A stretch of DNA of 64,000 nucleotides from Longimicrobiales bacterium. GTDB taxonomy: Bacteria; Gemmatimonadota; Gemmatimonadetes; Longimicrobiales; Gaopeijiaceae. Below the pieces are notes generated by a model. The model was not told the origin of the DNA and searched no databases. It was given only the letters and a program-made list of their open reading frames with translations. Of the stretch, positions 20,040-30,829 are shown in pieces (the first letter of the stretch is position 1; every line of letters starts with the position of its first letter). Position numbers and translations under genes: made by a program. The stretch lies in NCBI GenBank assembly GCA_965248195.1, contig CBDFIQ010000001.1, positions 928,001-992,000 on the forward strand, read 5' to 3'.

Positions 20040-20819
20040 ATGAGCGACACTCATATCCTTACGATTACTGACCTTCATGCCAAGGTTTCGGACGAAGACC
20101 TCAACATCCTGAACGGTGTGGATCTCGAGCTCCGACCCGGTGAAATCCATGCCATCATGGGACCCAATGGCTCAGGAAAGAGCACCCTCGCCAAGGTGTT
20201 GGCGGGCCATCCCGGCTACGAGGTCACGGCCGGTGAGGTCGTCTTCGACGGCCGCTCCCTCCTCGATCTGGAGCCCAATGAGCGTGCTCTCGCCGGATTG
20301 TTCATGGCGTTCCAATATCCTACCGAGATTCCGGGCGTGTCCATCGCGAATTTCTTGAGGACCGCGCTACAGGCCCGGCTCGAGGAGGGCGAAGAGGTGG
20401 ATCTCTTCGACTTCCAAGACGAGCTCATGGACCGGATGAAGCTGCTCGACATGGAGCCGTCGTTCGCCGAGCGGCCCGTGAACGACGGATTCAGTGGCGG
20501 TGAGAAGAAGCGCAACGAGATTCTCCAGATGGCCGTGCTTCGCCCGTCGCTCGCGCTCATGGACGAAACGGACTCGGGACTCGACATCGACGCCCTCAAG
20601 ATCGTGGCCAACGGCGTGAACACGCTGCGGGGGGAAAATCCGAAGATGACGATCCTCCTTATCACGCACTACCAGCGCCTGCTCAACCACATCACGCCTG
20701 ACGTGGTTCACGTGATGGTCGACGGGCGTATCGTCCGATCCGGCGGACCCGAAGTGGCGCTAGATTTGGAGGAGCAGGGATACGCGGACTGGAAGGGCCA
20801 GGAGGTGGTGACCGCATAG
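20040..20819 (+). CDS. sufC: Fe-S assembly ATPase SufC
   Basis: [38 protein letters not shown]. Confidence 0.97.
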   Translation: MSDTHILTITDLHAKVSDEDLNILNGVDLELRPGEIHAIMGPNGSGKSTLAKVLAGHPGYEVTAGEVVFDGRSLLDLEPNERALAGLFMAFQYPTEIPGVSIANFLRTALQARLEEGEEVDLFDFQDELMDRMKLLDMEPSFAERPVNDGFSGGEKKRNEILQMAVLRPSLALMDETDSGLDIDALKIVANGVNTLRGENPKMTILLITHYQRLLNHITPDVVHVMVDGRIVRSGGPEVALDLEEQGYADWKGQEVVTA

Positions 20820-20885
20820 CGGACGTCAGCTCGAGATAGATGGAATCCTCGAGTCGCCCGCCGACTTCAGCAGGGATAGAGAACC

Positions 20886-22301
20886 ATGCCAGAAAATGAG
20901 CTCGTCGAAGGACTCGGTCTCGACGAATACCAGTACGGGTTCGTCGATGAAGAGGCGCACGTCTTCCGGACCAGGCCCGGCCTGGACGAGGACATCGTCC
21001 GACAGATTTCGAAGCACAAGGAAGAGCCCGAGTGGATGCTCGAGTTCCGTCTGAAGGCTCTGAAGGTCTACGAGTCGAAGCCGATGCCGACGTGGGGTGG
21101 GGACCTCTCGGATCTCGAGGCGACGCTCGATGAGATCTACTTCTATGTGAAGCCACAGGACCAGATGGAGCGCTCCTGGGACGACGTCCCCGAGAACATC
21201 AAGAACACGTTCGAGAAGTTGGGCATCCCTGAGGCAGAGCAGAAGCTCCTGGCCGGAGTCGGAGCGCAATACGAGTCCGAGATGGTATACCACTCCCTCA
21301 AGGAGGAGTGGGCTTCCAAGGGCGTGATCTTCGATTCGATCGAAGACGGCCTCAAGAACCATCCAGAGCTCTTCCGGGAGCATTTCGCGACCGTCATCCC
21401 CATTGCGGACAACAAGTTCTCGGCGCTCAACTCGGCGGTCTGGTCGGGGGGGTCGTTCGTCTATGTGCCGAAGGGCGTAACGCTCGAGACGCCGCTACAG
21501 GCGTATTTCCGGGTCAACCAGGAGCGTATGGGACAGTTCGAGCGCACGCTGATCATCATGGATGAGGGCGCTCAGGCTCACTACATCGAGGGATGCACGG
21601 CGCCGGTCTACTCCACCGACTCGTTCCACTCCGGCGTGATCGAGATCGTCCTGAAGAGGGACGCGAGATTCCGGTACACGACCATTCAGAACTGGTCGAA
21701 CAACATGTACAACCTCGTGACTCAACGCGCCGTGGTGAACCAAAACGCGAACATGGAGTGGCTCGACGGCAACCTCGGCTCGAAGCTCACGATGAAGTAT
21801 CCGTCGTGCTACCTCGTGGGTGAGGGAGCCCACGGAGAAATCATGTCCATCGCTTATGCCAGCGACGGCCAACACCAGGACACCGGGGGCAAGGTGGTTC
21901 ATGTGGCCCCGAACACCACGTCATCGATCATCTCGAAGTCGATCTCGAAGGGCAATGGCCGGTCCACGTATCGCGGCCTTTGCAAGGTCTACGAGGGTGC
22001 GGTCAACGCGCGGTCCAACGTCGAGTGTGATGCGCTTCTCATCAACGATACCTCGCGCACGGATACCTATCCGTATATCGAGATCGAAGAGAAGAACGCG
22101 TCGGTGGGACACGAGGCGACCGTCTCCAGGGTGGGCGACGCGCAGCTCTTCTACCTCATGAGCCGCGGGCTGACGCAAGAGGAGGCCATGGCGCTCATCG
22201 TGCGCGGATTCATCGAGCCGATCGCCAAAGAGCTTCCGCTGGAGTACGCCGTCGAGCTCAACCGGCTCATCGAGCTCGAAATGGAGGGATCGGTCGGCTG
22301 A
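20886..22301 (+). CDS. sufB: Fe-S assembly protein SufB
   Basis: [35 protein letters not shown]. Confidence 0.97.
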   Translation: MPENELVEGLGLDEYQYGFVDEEAHVFRTRPGLDEDIVRQISKHKEEPEWMLEFRLKALKVYESKPMPTWGGDLSDLEATLDEIYFYVKPQDQMERSWDDVPENIKNTFEKLGIPEAEQKLLAGVGAQYESEMVYHSLKEEWASKGVIFDSIEDGLKNHPELFREHFATVIPIADNKFSALNSAVWSGGSFVYVPKGVTLETPLQAYFRVNQERMGQFERTLIIMDEGAQAHYIEGCTAPVYSTDSFHSGVIEIVLKRDARFRYTTIQNWSNNMYNLVTQRAVVNQNANMEWLDGNLGSKLTMKYPSCYLVGEGAHGEIMSIAYASDGQHQDTGGKVVHVAPNTTSSIISKSISKGNGRSTYRGLCKVYEGAVNARSNVECDALLINDTSRTDTYPYIEIEEKNASVGHEATVSRVGDAQLFYLMSRGLTQEEAMALIVRGFIEPIAKELPLEYAVELNRLIELEMEGSVG

Positions 22302-23695
22302 TGTCCAACCCTGCTCAAGCAGTGGAGGCGTCGAGCGCGGAGGAGGGGTCGAGCGCGGAAGCGGGGTCGAGCGCGGAGGAAGAGGCTCCGAGCTCCCTGG
22401 ACGAGGGCACGGTGGAGACCATCAGCCAGGGTGCCCCATCGTGGTTGAGCGAGCGCCGACGACACGCCTGGTCGGTGTTCGAAAGCACCCCCCTTCCGAG
22501 CACGCGGTCGGAGGAGTGGCGGTACACCGATGTCTCCCGCGTGGTGAACTTCGCCGACCTTCGGCTCGCGACGCGTGCGGCCTTGGCCGAAAATGGCTCC
22601 CGCCCCGCCGGGCTCGCGGCTGCCATGGACGAGGACCGTGCCGCTTCCGGCCACACTCTGCTGATCGACGGAGGGGTCGTGCACGTCGACCTCGAACCCG
22701 CCCTGGTAGAGCAGGGGGTCATCTTGACCTCCCTGAAGTCGGCCGTGCACGAACACGGGGACCTCCTCGAAGAGTTGCTGGCAACTGAGGTCGTGCCGCC
22801 CGAGGACGGCAAGTTCCAGGCGCTCAACGCAGCGCTTTGGACCGACGGGGTGCTCCTCTACGTTCCCCCGAACGTGAAGCTCGACCTTCCGATCCGAGCC
22901 ACGCGGTGGCTCTCGGACGCCGGTTCCGCGGTCTGCACTCGCACCCTGATCGTGGCAGAACCGGGAAGCCGGGTCTCGTACGTCGAGGAGTTGCTTTCCG
23001 AGGACTTCGAGCGGCGCACGCTCGTTTCGTCCGCCGTCGAGGTCATCGCGCGGGACGGATCCCAGGTTCAATACGTTTCGATTCAACGGCTCGGGCGGGG
23101 CGCCTTCTGTCAATCGGCACAACGCACGCTCGCCTATCGGGACTCCAGGCTCGACACGCTCAACGTAAATCTCGGCGGCTCGGTCAGCCGCCTCGACCTC
23201 AACGCTCGGCTTCTCGGGCCAGGCGCGCATAGCGACATGCTCGGACTCTACTTCGGGGACGAAGACCAGCACTTCGACCACAACACCAGCCAGGACCACA
23301 TCGCGCCCGACACCGGAAGCGACCTCCTCTACAAGGGGGCGCTAGATGAACGCTCCCGGGCGGCGTTCCGGGGCATCATCCGGGTACATCCCGGCGCTCA
23401 GGGGACGGACGCGTACCAGACCAACCGGAACCTGTTGCTTTCAGGCGAAGCCCGAGCCGACTCGCTGCCGAACCTCGAAATCGAGGCTGACGACGTAAAG
23501 TGCTCGCACGGTGCGTCGGTCGGCCAGCTCGATTCCGAAACGCTCTTCTATCTTCTTAGCCGAGGGCTGAACCTGCAGCAGGCGGAGCGTCTGGTCGTTT
23601 TGGGCTTTCTCGGCGACGTCATGGCCCGACTGCCGCTCGGCGGGGTGGTCGAGAAGGTGACGCGCGCGATCGAGCGCAAGCTCAAACATGTCTGA
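22301..23695 (+). CDS. sufD: Fe-S assembly protein SufD
   Basis: EEWRYT, PNLEIEADDVKCSHGA, FYLLSRG. Confidence 0.95.
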   Translation: MSNPAQAVEASSAEEGSSAEAGSSAEEEAPSSLDEGTVETISQGAPSWLSERRRHAWSVFESTPLPSTRSEEWRYTDVSRVVNFADLRLATRAALAENGSRPAGLAAAMDEDRAASGHTLLIDGGVVHVDLEPALVEQGVILTSLKSAVHEHGDLLEELLATEVVPPEDGKFQALNAALWTDGVLLYVPPNVKLDLPIRATRWLSDAGSAVCTRTLIVAEPGSRVSYVEELLSEDFERRTLVSSAVEVIARDGSQVQYVSIQRLGRGAFCQSAQRTLAYRDSRLDTLNVNLGGSVSRLDLNARLLGPGAHSDMLGLYFGDEDQHFDHNTSQDHIAPDTGSDLLYKGALDERSRAAFRGIIRVHPGAQGTDAYQTNRNLLLSGEARADSLPNLEIEADDVKCSHGASVGQLDSETLFYLLSRGLNLQQAERLVVLGFLGDVMARLPLGGVVEKVTRAIERKLKHV

Positions 23696-24017
23696 TGAAG
23701 GGGAGGGCAGCGGTGAGTGGGTCAAGGTCGCGGACCTCGGTGAGTGCCCACCGGGCAGCCTCCTGGACATCGAGGCCGGAGGGGAAACGATCGTCCTGGC
23801 CAACCTGGACGGCGATCTTTACGCCCTCCAGAATCGTTGCTCACATCAGGATCTACCGCTCTCGGACGGAGAGCTGGACGGTGATCAATTGGAGTGCTTG
23901 TACCACGGAGCCAGGTTCGACGTGTGCACCGGTAACGCCATGGGGCTTCCGGCCATCAAGCCCGTAGAAACGTACGCCGTGCAACTACGCGGCCAAGAAA
24001 TCTACGTCCAGGTCTAG
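23688..24017 (+). CDS. Rieske-type ferredoxin
   Basis: CSH...CLYH Rieske ligands. Confidence 0.92.
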   Translation: MSDEGEGSGEWVKVADLGECPPGSLLDIEAGGETIVLANLDGDLYALQNRCSHQDLPLSDGELDGDQLECLYHGARFDVCTGNAMGLPAIKPVETYAVQLRGQEIYVQV

Positions 24018-24047
24018 TGTGGTCTGCTAAAAGAGGGCTGAACTGAC

Positions 24048-25295
24048 ATGCCTGTTACGTCTTCGCGACTCGATCGGACGGCCTTGAGGGCTCAGTTCCC
24101 GGCTCTGGCCCAGGAGGTCGGCGGGCATCCACTCGTCTACCTGGACAACGCTGCCACCTCGCAGAAGCCCCAATACGTGCTGGACGCCCTCACGGCGTAC
24201 TACGAGCAGGACAACGCCAACGTGCACCGGGGCATCCACGAGCTGAGCCGTCGAGCCACCGTCGCTTTCGAAGACGCACGGGTAAAGCTGGCGAAGTTTA
24301 TCGGAGCGGCGGATTCGGCCGAGTTGGTGTGGGCCCGGGGCACCACCGAGGCCATCAATCTGGTGGCCAGTAGTTGGGGGCTGGACACGCTCGGTGAGGG
24401 CGACGAGATCCTCTTGAGCTCCATGGAGCATCACTCCAACATCATCCCGTGGCAGTTGGTGGCCCGCCGTACAGGCGCTCGCCTTCGGTACATCGAGATG
24501 GACGAGCAAGGTCGTCTGATGCTCGACGGTCTTCCTGAGCTTCTTACGGATCGCACTCGCATGGTCGCCGTCTCCCACATCTCGAACGCGTTGGGCACGG
24601 TCAATCCGGTACGTGAGATCGCCGACCTGGCCAAAAGGGTCGGGGCGCTCGTGCTCGTCGACGGCGCTCAAGCGGTGCCCCACCGGCGGGTCGATGTGCA
24701 GGAGCTCGGCTGCGACTTCTACGCGTTCTCGGGGCACAAGATGTGTGGGCCCACAGGATCGGGCGGATTGTGGGCCCGCCGCGAGCTCCTCGAGTCGATG
24801 CCGCCGTACCAGGGGGGCGGCGAGATGATTCGCACCGTCGGCCGCGAGGAAAGCACCTGGGCCGAGATCCCACACAAGTTCGAGGCCGGCACACCGAACA
24901 TCGCGGGAGCCATCGCCCTGGGGGCGGCCGCGGACTTCCTCGACGAGGTCGGCTTCGACGCCATTGCCGAGCACGAAAGAGAGCTGCTCGCCTACGCTCT
25001 CGAAAGACTCGACGCTCTGGGTGGCGTGCAAGTCTATGGGCCCACCGATTTGCACGAACGGTCCGGCGTCATCTCCTTCACCATGGGAGACGCCCACCCT
25101 CACGATATCTCGACCATCCTCGACACCGAAGGGATCGCCATCCGCGCCGGCCATCACTGCGCTCAACTCGTCATGCAGCACTTCGGGATCTCGGCCACCG
25201 CGCGCGCGAGCTTCTATCTCTACAACTCCACCGAAGACGTGGACCGCCTGATCGAGGGGCTCGCGTCCGTCAAGGAGATTTTCGGACCGGCCTGA
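24048..25295 (+). CDS. sufS: Cysteine desulfurase SufS
   Basis: YLDNAATSQKP, SGHKM, RAGHHCA. Confidence 0.96.
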   Translation: MPVTSSRLDRTALRAQFPALAQEVGGHPLVYLDNAATSQKPQYVLDALTAYYEQDNANVHRGIHELSRRATVAFEDARVKLAKFIGAADSAELVWARGTTEAINLVASSWGLDTLGEGDEILLSSMEHHSNIIPWQLVARRTGARLRYIEMDEQGRLMLDGLPELLTDRTRMVAVSHISNALGTVNPVREIADLAKRVGALVLVDGAQAVPHRRVDVQELGCDFYAFSGHKMCGPTGSGGLWARRELLESMPPYQGGGEMIRTVGREESTWAEIPHKFEAGTPNIAGAIALGAAADFLDEVGFDAIAEHERELLAYALERLDALGGVQVYGPTDLHERSGVISFTMGDAHPHDISTILDTEGIAIRAGHHCAQLVMQHFGISATARASFYLYNSTEDVDRLIEGLASVKEIFGPA

Positions 25296-25358
25296 AGGCG
25301 CCAAAGGGCTCGAGGCCGTATACTACCTGCGCTTGGCCCCCCCTTTCGTGGCGGACGC

Positions 25359-25856
25359 ATGATGGAAGCCCCCCTCACCTCTCTGTACCAACAGCTCATC
25401 CTCGAGCACTACCGCAACCCGCGGAACAAGGGGGAGCTCGCAGATCACACCGTGGAGGCGTACGTGGCCAATCCCGTGTGCGGCGACGAGGTCAAGGTTC
25501 AGATTCGTCTCGACGGGGACCGGATCGAAGAGATCGCTTTCGACGGCCAGGGATGTTCGATCTCGCAGGCGTCCGTGTCTATGATGACCGCATTGGTCAA
25601 GGGGAGGGAGCGGAGCGAGGCAATTGGCCTGGCCGACCTCTTTACTGCTATGATGCACGGAGGTGAGGTGGCCTCCGGCGATCGGTCCCTGGGAGACCTG
25701 CGTGCGCTACAAGGCGTCTCGAAGTTCCCCGTGCGGATTCGGTGCGCGCTTCTCGCCTTCGACGCGCTCCGCAAAGCGCTCTCTACCGAGCTGGAGGCTG
25801 GTCCCACCGGGGGAACAGCTCACAACCAGGAGTCCCGAGGAGAGACCACACACTGA
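25359..25856 (+). CDS. sufU: SufU/NifU-like sulfur-transfer protein
   Basis: NPVCGD, GCSISQAS, RIRCALL. Confidence 0.92.
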   Translation: MMEAPLTSLYQQLILEHYRNPRNKGELADHTVEAYVANPVCGDEVKVQIRLDGDRIEEIAFDGQGCSISQASVSMMTALVKGRERSEAIGLADLFTAMMHGGEVASGDRSLGDLRALQGVSKFPVRIRCALLAFDALRKALSTELEAGPTGGTAHNQESRGETTH

Positions 25857-26413
25857 TGCCTCAGCATGAAAGTGCTTCCTCGGTCTACTCGGGTGTCTTG
25901 CACGACACGCCCGCCGGAGCCATCGCAGTCTGGGTCACCCGCAACGGGGTCCGCCGAATCGGGGGCGTAACGTCCAAGATGATCGAGGAGGGTCACTGGG
26001 ACGCATCAGGACACCCCACGCTCAGCGCCGCCCTCCACCAGCTCGGTGAATATTTCGACCGGAAGAGAAGGCACTTCGATCTTTCGCTCGATTTCTCTGG
26101 AGCCACCAAGTTCCAAAAGCGCATCTTCGAGCGCCTGATGGGAATTCCATATGGCCGCATCGTGTCATACGGTGACATCGCCGACGAGATGGGAGAGCCT
26201 GGCGCCGCGCGGGCGGTCGGCCAGGCCGTGGGGGCCAACCCCCTTCCGATCGTCGTTCCGTGCCATCGCGTGGTCCGAAGCGACGGCAGGCTGGGGGGCT
26301 ATTCAGGAGGGCTCCGCCGTAAGGTAGCCCTCCTTCGCATCGAGGGAGTGGACGTCGACGGGCACCAGTCCGGAAGCCGAGTCCATCCGGAGCTGCTGCG
26401 GCTTCCACTTTAG
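25856..26413 (+). CDS. ogt: Methylated-DNA-protein-cysteine methyltransferase
   Basis: IPYG, ARAVG, PCHRV; ATG overlaps the sufU stop. Confidence 0.93.
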   Translation: MPQHESASSVYSGVLHDTPAGAIAVWVTRNGVRRIGGVTSKMIEEGHWDASGHPTLSAALHQLGEYFDRKRRHFDLSLDFSGATKFQKRIFERLMGIPYGRIVSYGDIADEMGEPGAARAVGQAVGANPLPIVVPCHRVVRSDGRLGGYSGGLRRKVALLRIEGVDVDGHQSGSRVHPELLRLPL

Positions 26414-26431
26414 AATCGACTCATCTGAACC

Positions 26432-26470
26432 ACCACCCGTGCGGACAACAATCGCACGTGTATCGAGCGG
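26432..26470. repeat. 39-bp dispersed repeat, copy 1, with internal GTGCG-N9-CGCAC palindrome
   Basis: 26 bp identical plus 13 bp with 3 mismatches to 27344-27382. Confidence 0.85.
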
Positions 26471-26804
26471 GTTCACGTGGTCTCTGAGCGTCGGAAAAGC
26501 CCCGCCCTCAGCCGATGACCTTCAGTCTCACTCGGTGCGTTACAGCGTCAGCAACGCCCTGGAACGGTTCGCCGACGATCACCACGCCTTGCACGAAGAC
26601 GCGAAGCCAGGGGATCTGGCGGAGAAGATGCGGTGTGGGGCGGTAGAGCGCGAGCGAACCGATCTGTAACCAGGGCTGCTGCACGAGCATCCCGCACCCC
26701 CGACGGCAACTACGCCGGCCCTACGTGGACTCCATCCACTTCGAGTCGGTTAGATTGCGTTCGTAGGCGGGCGCGCAATCGACCCCGAACCATCGAGAGG
26801 CCCA

Positions 26805-27116
26805 ATGGCTGACAGCGATTACGAAGTGCGTTTGAAGACCACAGGGCGAAACGACCGCTGTCTTTGTGGCTCCGGCAAGAAGTACAAGAAGTGTCACTTG
26901 GCCGAGGACGAGGGCACACGCGCCGCAACGCTCAAAGTCCTCGAAGCGGAAGCCATGGCAAAGCCAAAAGCGGCGAAAGACGCCGAGGGCGAGGCCGACA
27001 CGAAGGACGCGGACAAGCGCAGGCGGTCGACGAAGCGCCAAAAGAAACAGTCCGGGTTCGAAGGGCGCGCCTCGGACGGCAAACCGAGGAACATCCCGCG
27101 GCGGGGCGCCGTTTGA
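26805..27116 (+). CDS. SEC-C metal-binding motif protein with basic tail
   Basis: GRNDRCLCGSGKKYKKCH. Confidence 0.85.
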   Translation: MADSDYEVRLKTTGRNDRCLCGSGKKYKKCHLAEDEGTRAATLKVLEAEAMAKPKAAKDAEGEADTKDADKRRRSTKRQKKQSGFEGRASDGKPRNIPRRGAV

Positions 27117-27222
27117 TGTCGTCGGCCAGGTAGACCGTCGCCATGCCGCCCTCGCCCAGTTCACGCTCGATGGCGTAGCGGCCTTCTAGGGCTGCGTTCA
27201 GGCGTTCGGTGGCATCGGACAT
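27112..27222 (-). pseudogene. Ser/Thr protein kinase N-terminal remnant (37 codons)
   Basis: MSDATERLNAALEGRYAIERELGEGGMATVYLADDIK (glycine-rich loop); similarity ends before VAIK. Confidence 0.85.
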
Positions 27223-27343
27223 GGGCGCACTCCGGGATCAGACTGCGGGCAACATCTTACCCACGGAGAGGGAGGGCAAGCAGAAGCCCAATATGTCCAG
27301 CAACGGAGCCGTTCAGGCTCCAGGCGTGAACTCCCCTCACAGG

Positions 27344-27382
27344 ACCACCCGTGCGGACAACAATCGCACCAGTATAGAGCGG
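27344..27382. repeat. 39-bp dispersed repeat, copy 2
   Basis: Direct repeat of 26432-26470. Confidence 0.85.
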
Positions 27383-27557
27383 ATATGCTCGCGCCTCCCG
27401 AACGAGAAGACGGCATCCTCAAGTGATTGGTTATACCGCTTCTCGACGGAAGCTAAGCCTATGATGGTCGCGTCGATCGCGCCGCCTTGCGGGGTACCGA
27501 CCGGCCGGGCAAGATACGACGCCAGCGAAGTATTGATGGGTAACTAGGAGGTGCTGC

Positions 27558-28043
27558 TTGAGGAGTACCGCGCTCACGGTAGGAGTCGCCGTCCTGTTGG
27601 CCGCCTCGGGGCTCGAGGGTCAGCAGGCCGCACGGGGTCTCGAAGGAGCGTGGCGGGTCACCGAAGTGGTGACCACCGGGCCGCTCGGGCGAACTCTTGG
27701 CTCACCCCAGCCCGGCCTACTGCTCTTCACGGGCGGTTACTACAGCTATACGCTCGTCACGAGTGACCAGCCCCGTCCTATCCCCCCGAGGGGATTCGCG
27801 ACCGTGGAAGATATGCTCGACGTGTGGAGCCCGTTCACCGCGAACGCGGGCACGTTCGAAGTGTCCGGTAACAGCATGACGAGGCGACCGGTCGTTGCTA
27901 AGAGCCCCGACGCAATGGCGCCGGGGGCGTTCAACGAGTACACCTTCCGCCTGAGCGCCGACACGCTTTGGGTCACGACGGTAGGGACCGAGGGGGGGCC
28001 GGCAAGGAGCCCATCTACGATTAGGTACGTCCGCGTCCGCTGA
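27558..28043 (+). CDS. Secreted lipocalin-like domain protein
   Basis: AGGAGG SD, signal peptide, LEGAWRV and FTANAGTFEV beta-barrel motifs. Confidence 0.65.
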   Translation: MRSTALTVGVAVLLAASGLEGQQAARGLEGAWRVTEVVTTGPLGRTLGSPQPGLLLFTGGYYSYTLVTSDQPRPIPPRGFATVEDMLDVWSPFTANAGTFEVSGNSMTRRPVVAKSPDAMAPGAFNEYTFRLSADTLWVTTVGTEGGPARSPSTIRYVRVR

Positions 28044-28067
28044 ACGACGGCAAGCGAGAGAGATTAG

Positions 28068-28352
28068 CTAGGCGACGGCGCCCTGAGCGCCAAATCTCTT
28101 GGCGATCCGCGCCCGGGACTTTTCGGCCTCCTTTTCGCGGTCCTTTCGCGGCGCATTTGTTGTGAGGGAACCCAGGAGTTCTCGCGCCCCCTGGGATACC
28201 GATTCTACAGCGGCGTCGAAAGCAGCCTGGTTCGCTTTGGAGGGTTTGTTGAATCCGCTCAGTTTTCGGACGAACTGAAGAGACGCATCTCTAATCTCAT
28301 CCTCAGTCGCAGGAGGATCGAAGTTGAACAGGTTCTTGATGTTTCGACACAT
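28068..28352 (-). CDS. DUF2277 family protein
   Basis: MCRNIKNLFNFDPPATEDEIRDASLQFVRKLSG. Confidence 0.9.
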   Translation of the reverse strand: MCRNIKNLFNFDPPATEDEIRDASLQFVRKLSGFNKPSKANQAAFDAAVESVSQGARELLGSLTTNAPRKDREKEAEKSRARIAKRFGAQGAVA

Positions 28353-28394
28353 TGGAAAAGTCACTCCGTCGAATAAGGCCACCTACTTCGTCCG

Positions 28395-30600
28395 CTAAGG
28401 CACCACGTCAAACGGCTCCGACGAGGATGTCGGCTCTGGCGCATCGGCAAACAGCTCAAGGGCGCCCTCGCAGATTTGGTTAGCGTCGAGGATCTCCACA
28501 TCCACTTCCGGCAGCGACGATGACGAGTGCCCAGTCAGCTCCGTCACCGTCTTGACCTCGAACGCCATGATTCCCCGAGTGTCTCCCTTCAGGCTGCCCT
28601 CCAGCGGGTCGTAGTTGATGCTGATGTCGCTCTTGTAGACGACAGCGCAGACACGGGTCCCTTCCAGCGCCTTCAAGCCACTGGCCCGGAGTGGCGTAAC
28701 ATCCGGGATATTATCCAGCAGAGCCTCCGGATCGCCGCCGACACCGAGACCAGAACCAACCGGATTGCCGACGTAGTTGCGCAGACCGTCGTTCGTGGGT
28801 CCTGCATCACGCCACGATGCAGGGATGGTTTTTGGAGCAAACCAACCCTCGTCCCCCACTTCGCCGGAGAAGAGGATTGTGGTGGCGTCAATGACCGGCA
28901 GCGGTGTGCGCTGCCCGAGCCCGGCGATTCCTTCATTCACCTCATCTTCCGTGAAGTAGTTCGGCTCCTTGTCCTTATCGACAGCATCTGCATCAAGCAG
29001 AAGCAGGATGGCAACGTTCGTCACTTCGTAGGTCGTGGACGCCTCCGACGTGTTCCCCGCGTTGTCCGTGGCCGAAGCGTTCAGCGTGTGCGTGCCGAGC
29101 CCGAACTCCGTCGCCGTGGGGCAGACCTGCATCGCCACACCAGACGTGGGGTCCTCCACTGAGCATGTGATCCCGATCGCATCCTCAAGGGGGTATGTGC
29201 CGAGGTTGTTTCCGAAGGTGATGACAGGTGCCGTGGCGTCACGTTTGAAGTTCACCGTGGCCGAGCCCTCACCCGCGACCGAAGTCGCCGTGCAGGTGAG
29301 CTCGGTGCCGTCGGCGTCTTCGGTGAACGTCACCTCGTCACACCCGATGAGCTGGTCCACAGCCTCGACGCTCTCCACGGTCCAGGACACCGTTACATCG
29401 GAGGTGTACCAATCGGCGAGGCCCAGCGTCCCGGTCACCGTGGGCGTCACCACCGGCGGGGGACACCCGGTTACCTCGATATCCACGGGGGGGAGGGACG
29501 CCGAGAGAGGCGTTCCGGTGGCCGGATCGTCGTAGTTAACAGTGAGGCCGGTGAGGGCGGGCTTCACCCCGCACACCGGGACGTTCCCGGAAGCGGGGTC
29601 CAGATCCAGGGTGATGTTCCGGATCTGCCGGTCCACCGGGTCCAGGGACCAGGTGAGGGTCCGCGTGCCGGCGTTGTAGCTTGGCTTGCTCGGATCGGTC
29701 CCGTCGATGAGGTAAGTCTCAAACTTGGTGGGCCCGGCGACCACCTCGAAACTGGGCGACACGGTCGCGGTAAGGGTCACGCCGCTCACCTGCGGGTTTA
29801 CGAACGTGGTCGTCGCATCGAGCACGGCATCGTCGAAATCGCCGGCCTGGACGATGTCGTTCTGGTCGTTCACGAGACAAGCCAAAATGCTCGGGTTAAA
29901 ATTCCCAAAACCCACGAGTAACACACGGATGCCCCGAGACATCACGGAAGATGCTAGTGCGCACACATTCTGAGAGCCGCCACCTGGGTTAGCGGGAACA
30001 CCGTCCGTGATGAGGATGATCGCCTTGCCACGATCACCGGTCGAGTAGGTGTCGAACTCAGTGATGCTCTGTTGAATCGCAGCCAGGGTATTCGTCCAGC
30101 CACCGGGGTACGTGATGGCCTGAGTGAAGGCCTGTACGACGCTGGACGTCTGGTCTTCGATGAACTGGTATAGCAGGTTCGCGTTGGTTGCGAAACGAAT
30201 GATGCCCATCCGGGTGCGCCCGTCGGGCGGATCCGGAAGCACATTGCTCGCGATGTCGGAGACGAAGTCCTTCAAGTCATCGAAACCTGAGGCACCTACC
30301 GAGCCCGAACCGTCCATAAGCACCATGATGTCCAGCCCGCCCCCCCCCCCCCCCAATCTGAGAAGCCAGGCTCAACTTGGCGGTGGCGGTCCCGTTTCGG
30401 TCCACGTCGCCATCGACATCGGTGGTGGCCAGCAAGACACCGTCCATGGTGAGTGTCTCGACGATCGCGAGTGCCGGTTGCTCATCTAGCACTGCCTCGG
30501 TCTCAGTCATTGGGGCGAGGGGTGGCGGCTCGTCACCGCAGGACCATACGAAACCCGCCGTAATGAGCGCTAATACGGTACCTGAACGGAAGCAATTCAT
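28395..30600 (-). pseudogene. VWA-domain surface lipoprotein, frameshifted at a G15 tract
   Basis: 5' ORF with lipobox (VWSC) and 3' ORF with MIDAS DGSGS, TNT, LITDG and Ig-like repeats, joined out of frame at 30340-30354. Confidence 0.8.
30340..30354 (-). repeat. Poly-G15 homopolymer (C15 on + strand)
   Basis: Read directly from sequence. Confidence 0.9.
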
Positions 30601-30829
30601 GAAAACCTTCCTTCGACCCGGAGCTCAGTCAGGTAAGACCCTTTCGGTCTCGTCGTCGGGGTAGGCGGCCTACGGGCGTCTACGGCGGCGGCGGGACTGG
30701 GAGAATCCCTTTCTTCAAGATCCGATCATAGGCGGCACACACCTTTCGCGCCATCCGGCCTCCGTCATACGGCCAGTACGCGCGGGTGAGCGTCGCCCGA
30801 TCCCTGGGGCGGGGACATCGAGGCGAAAC

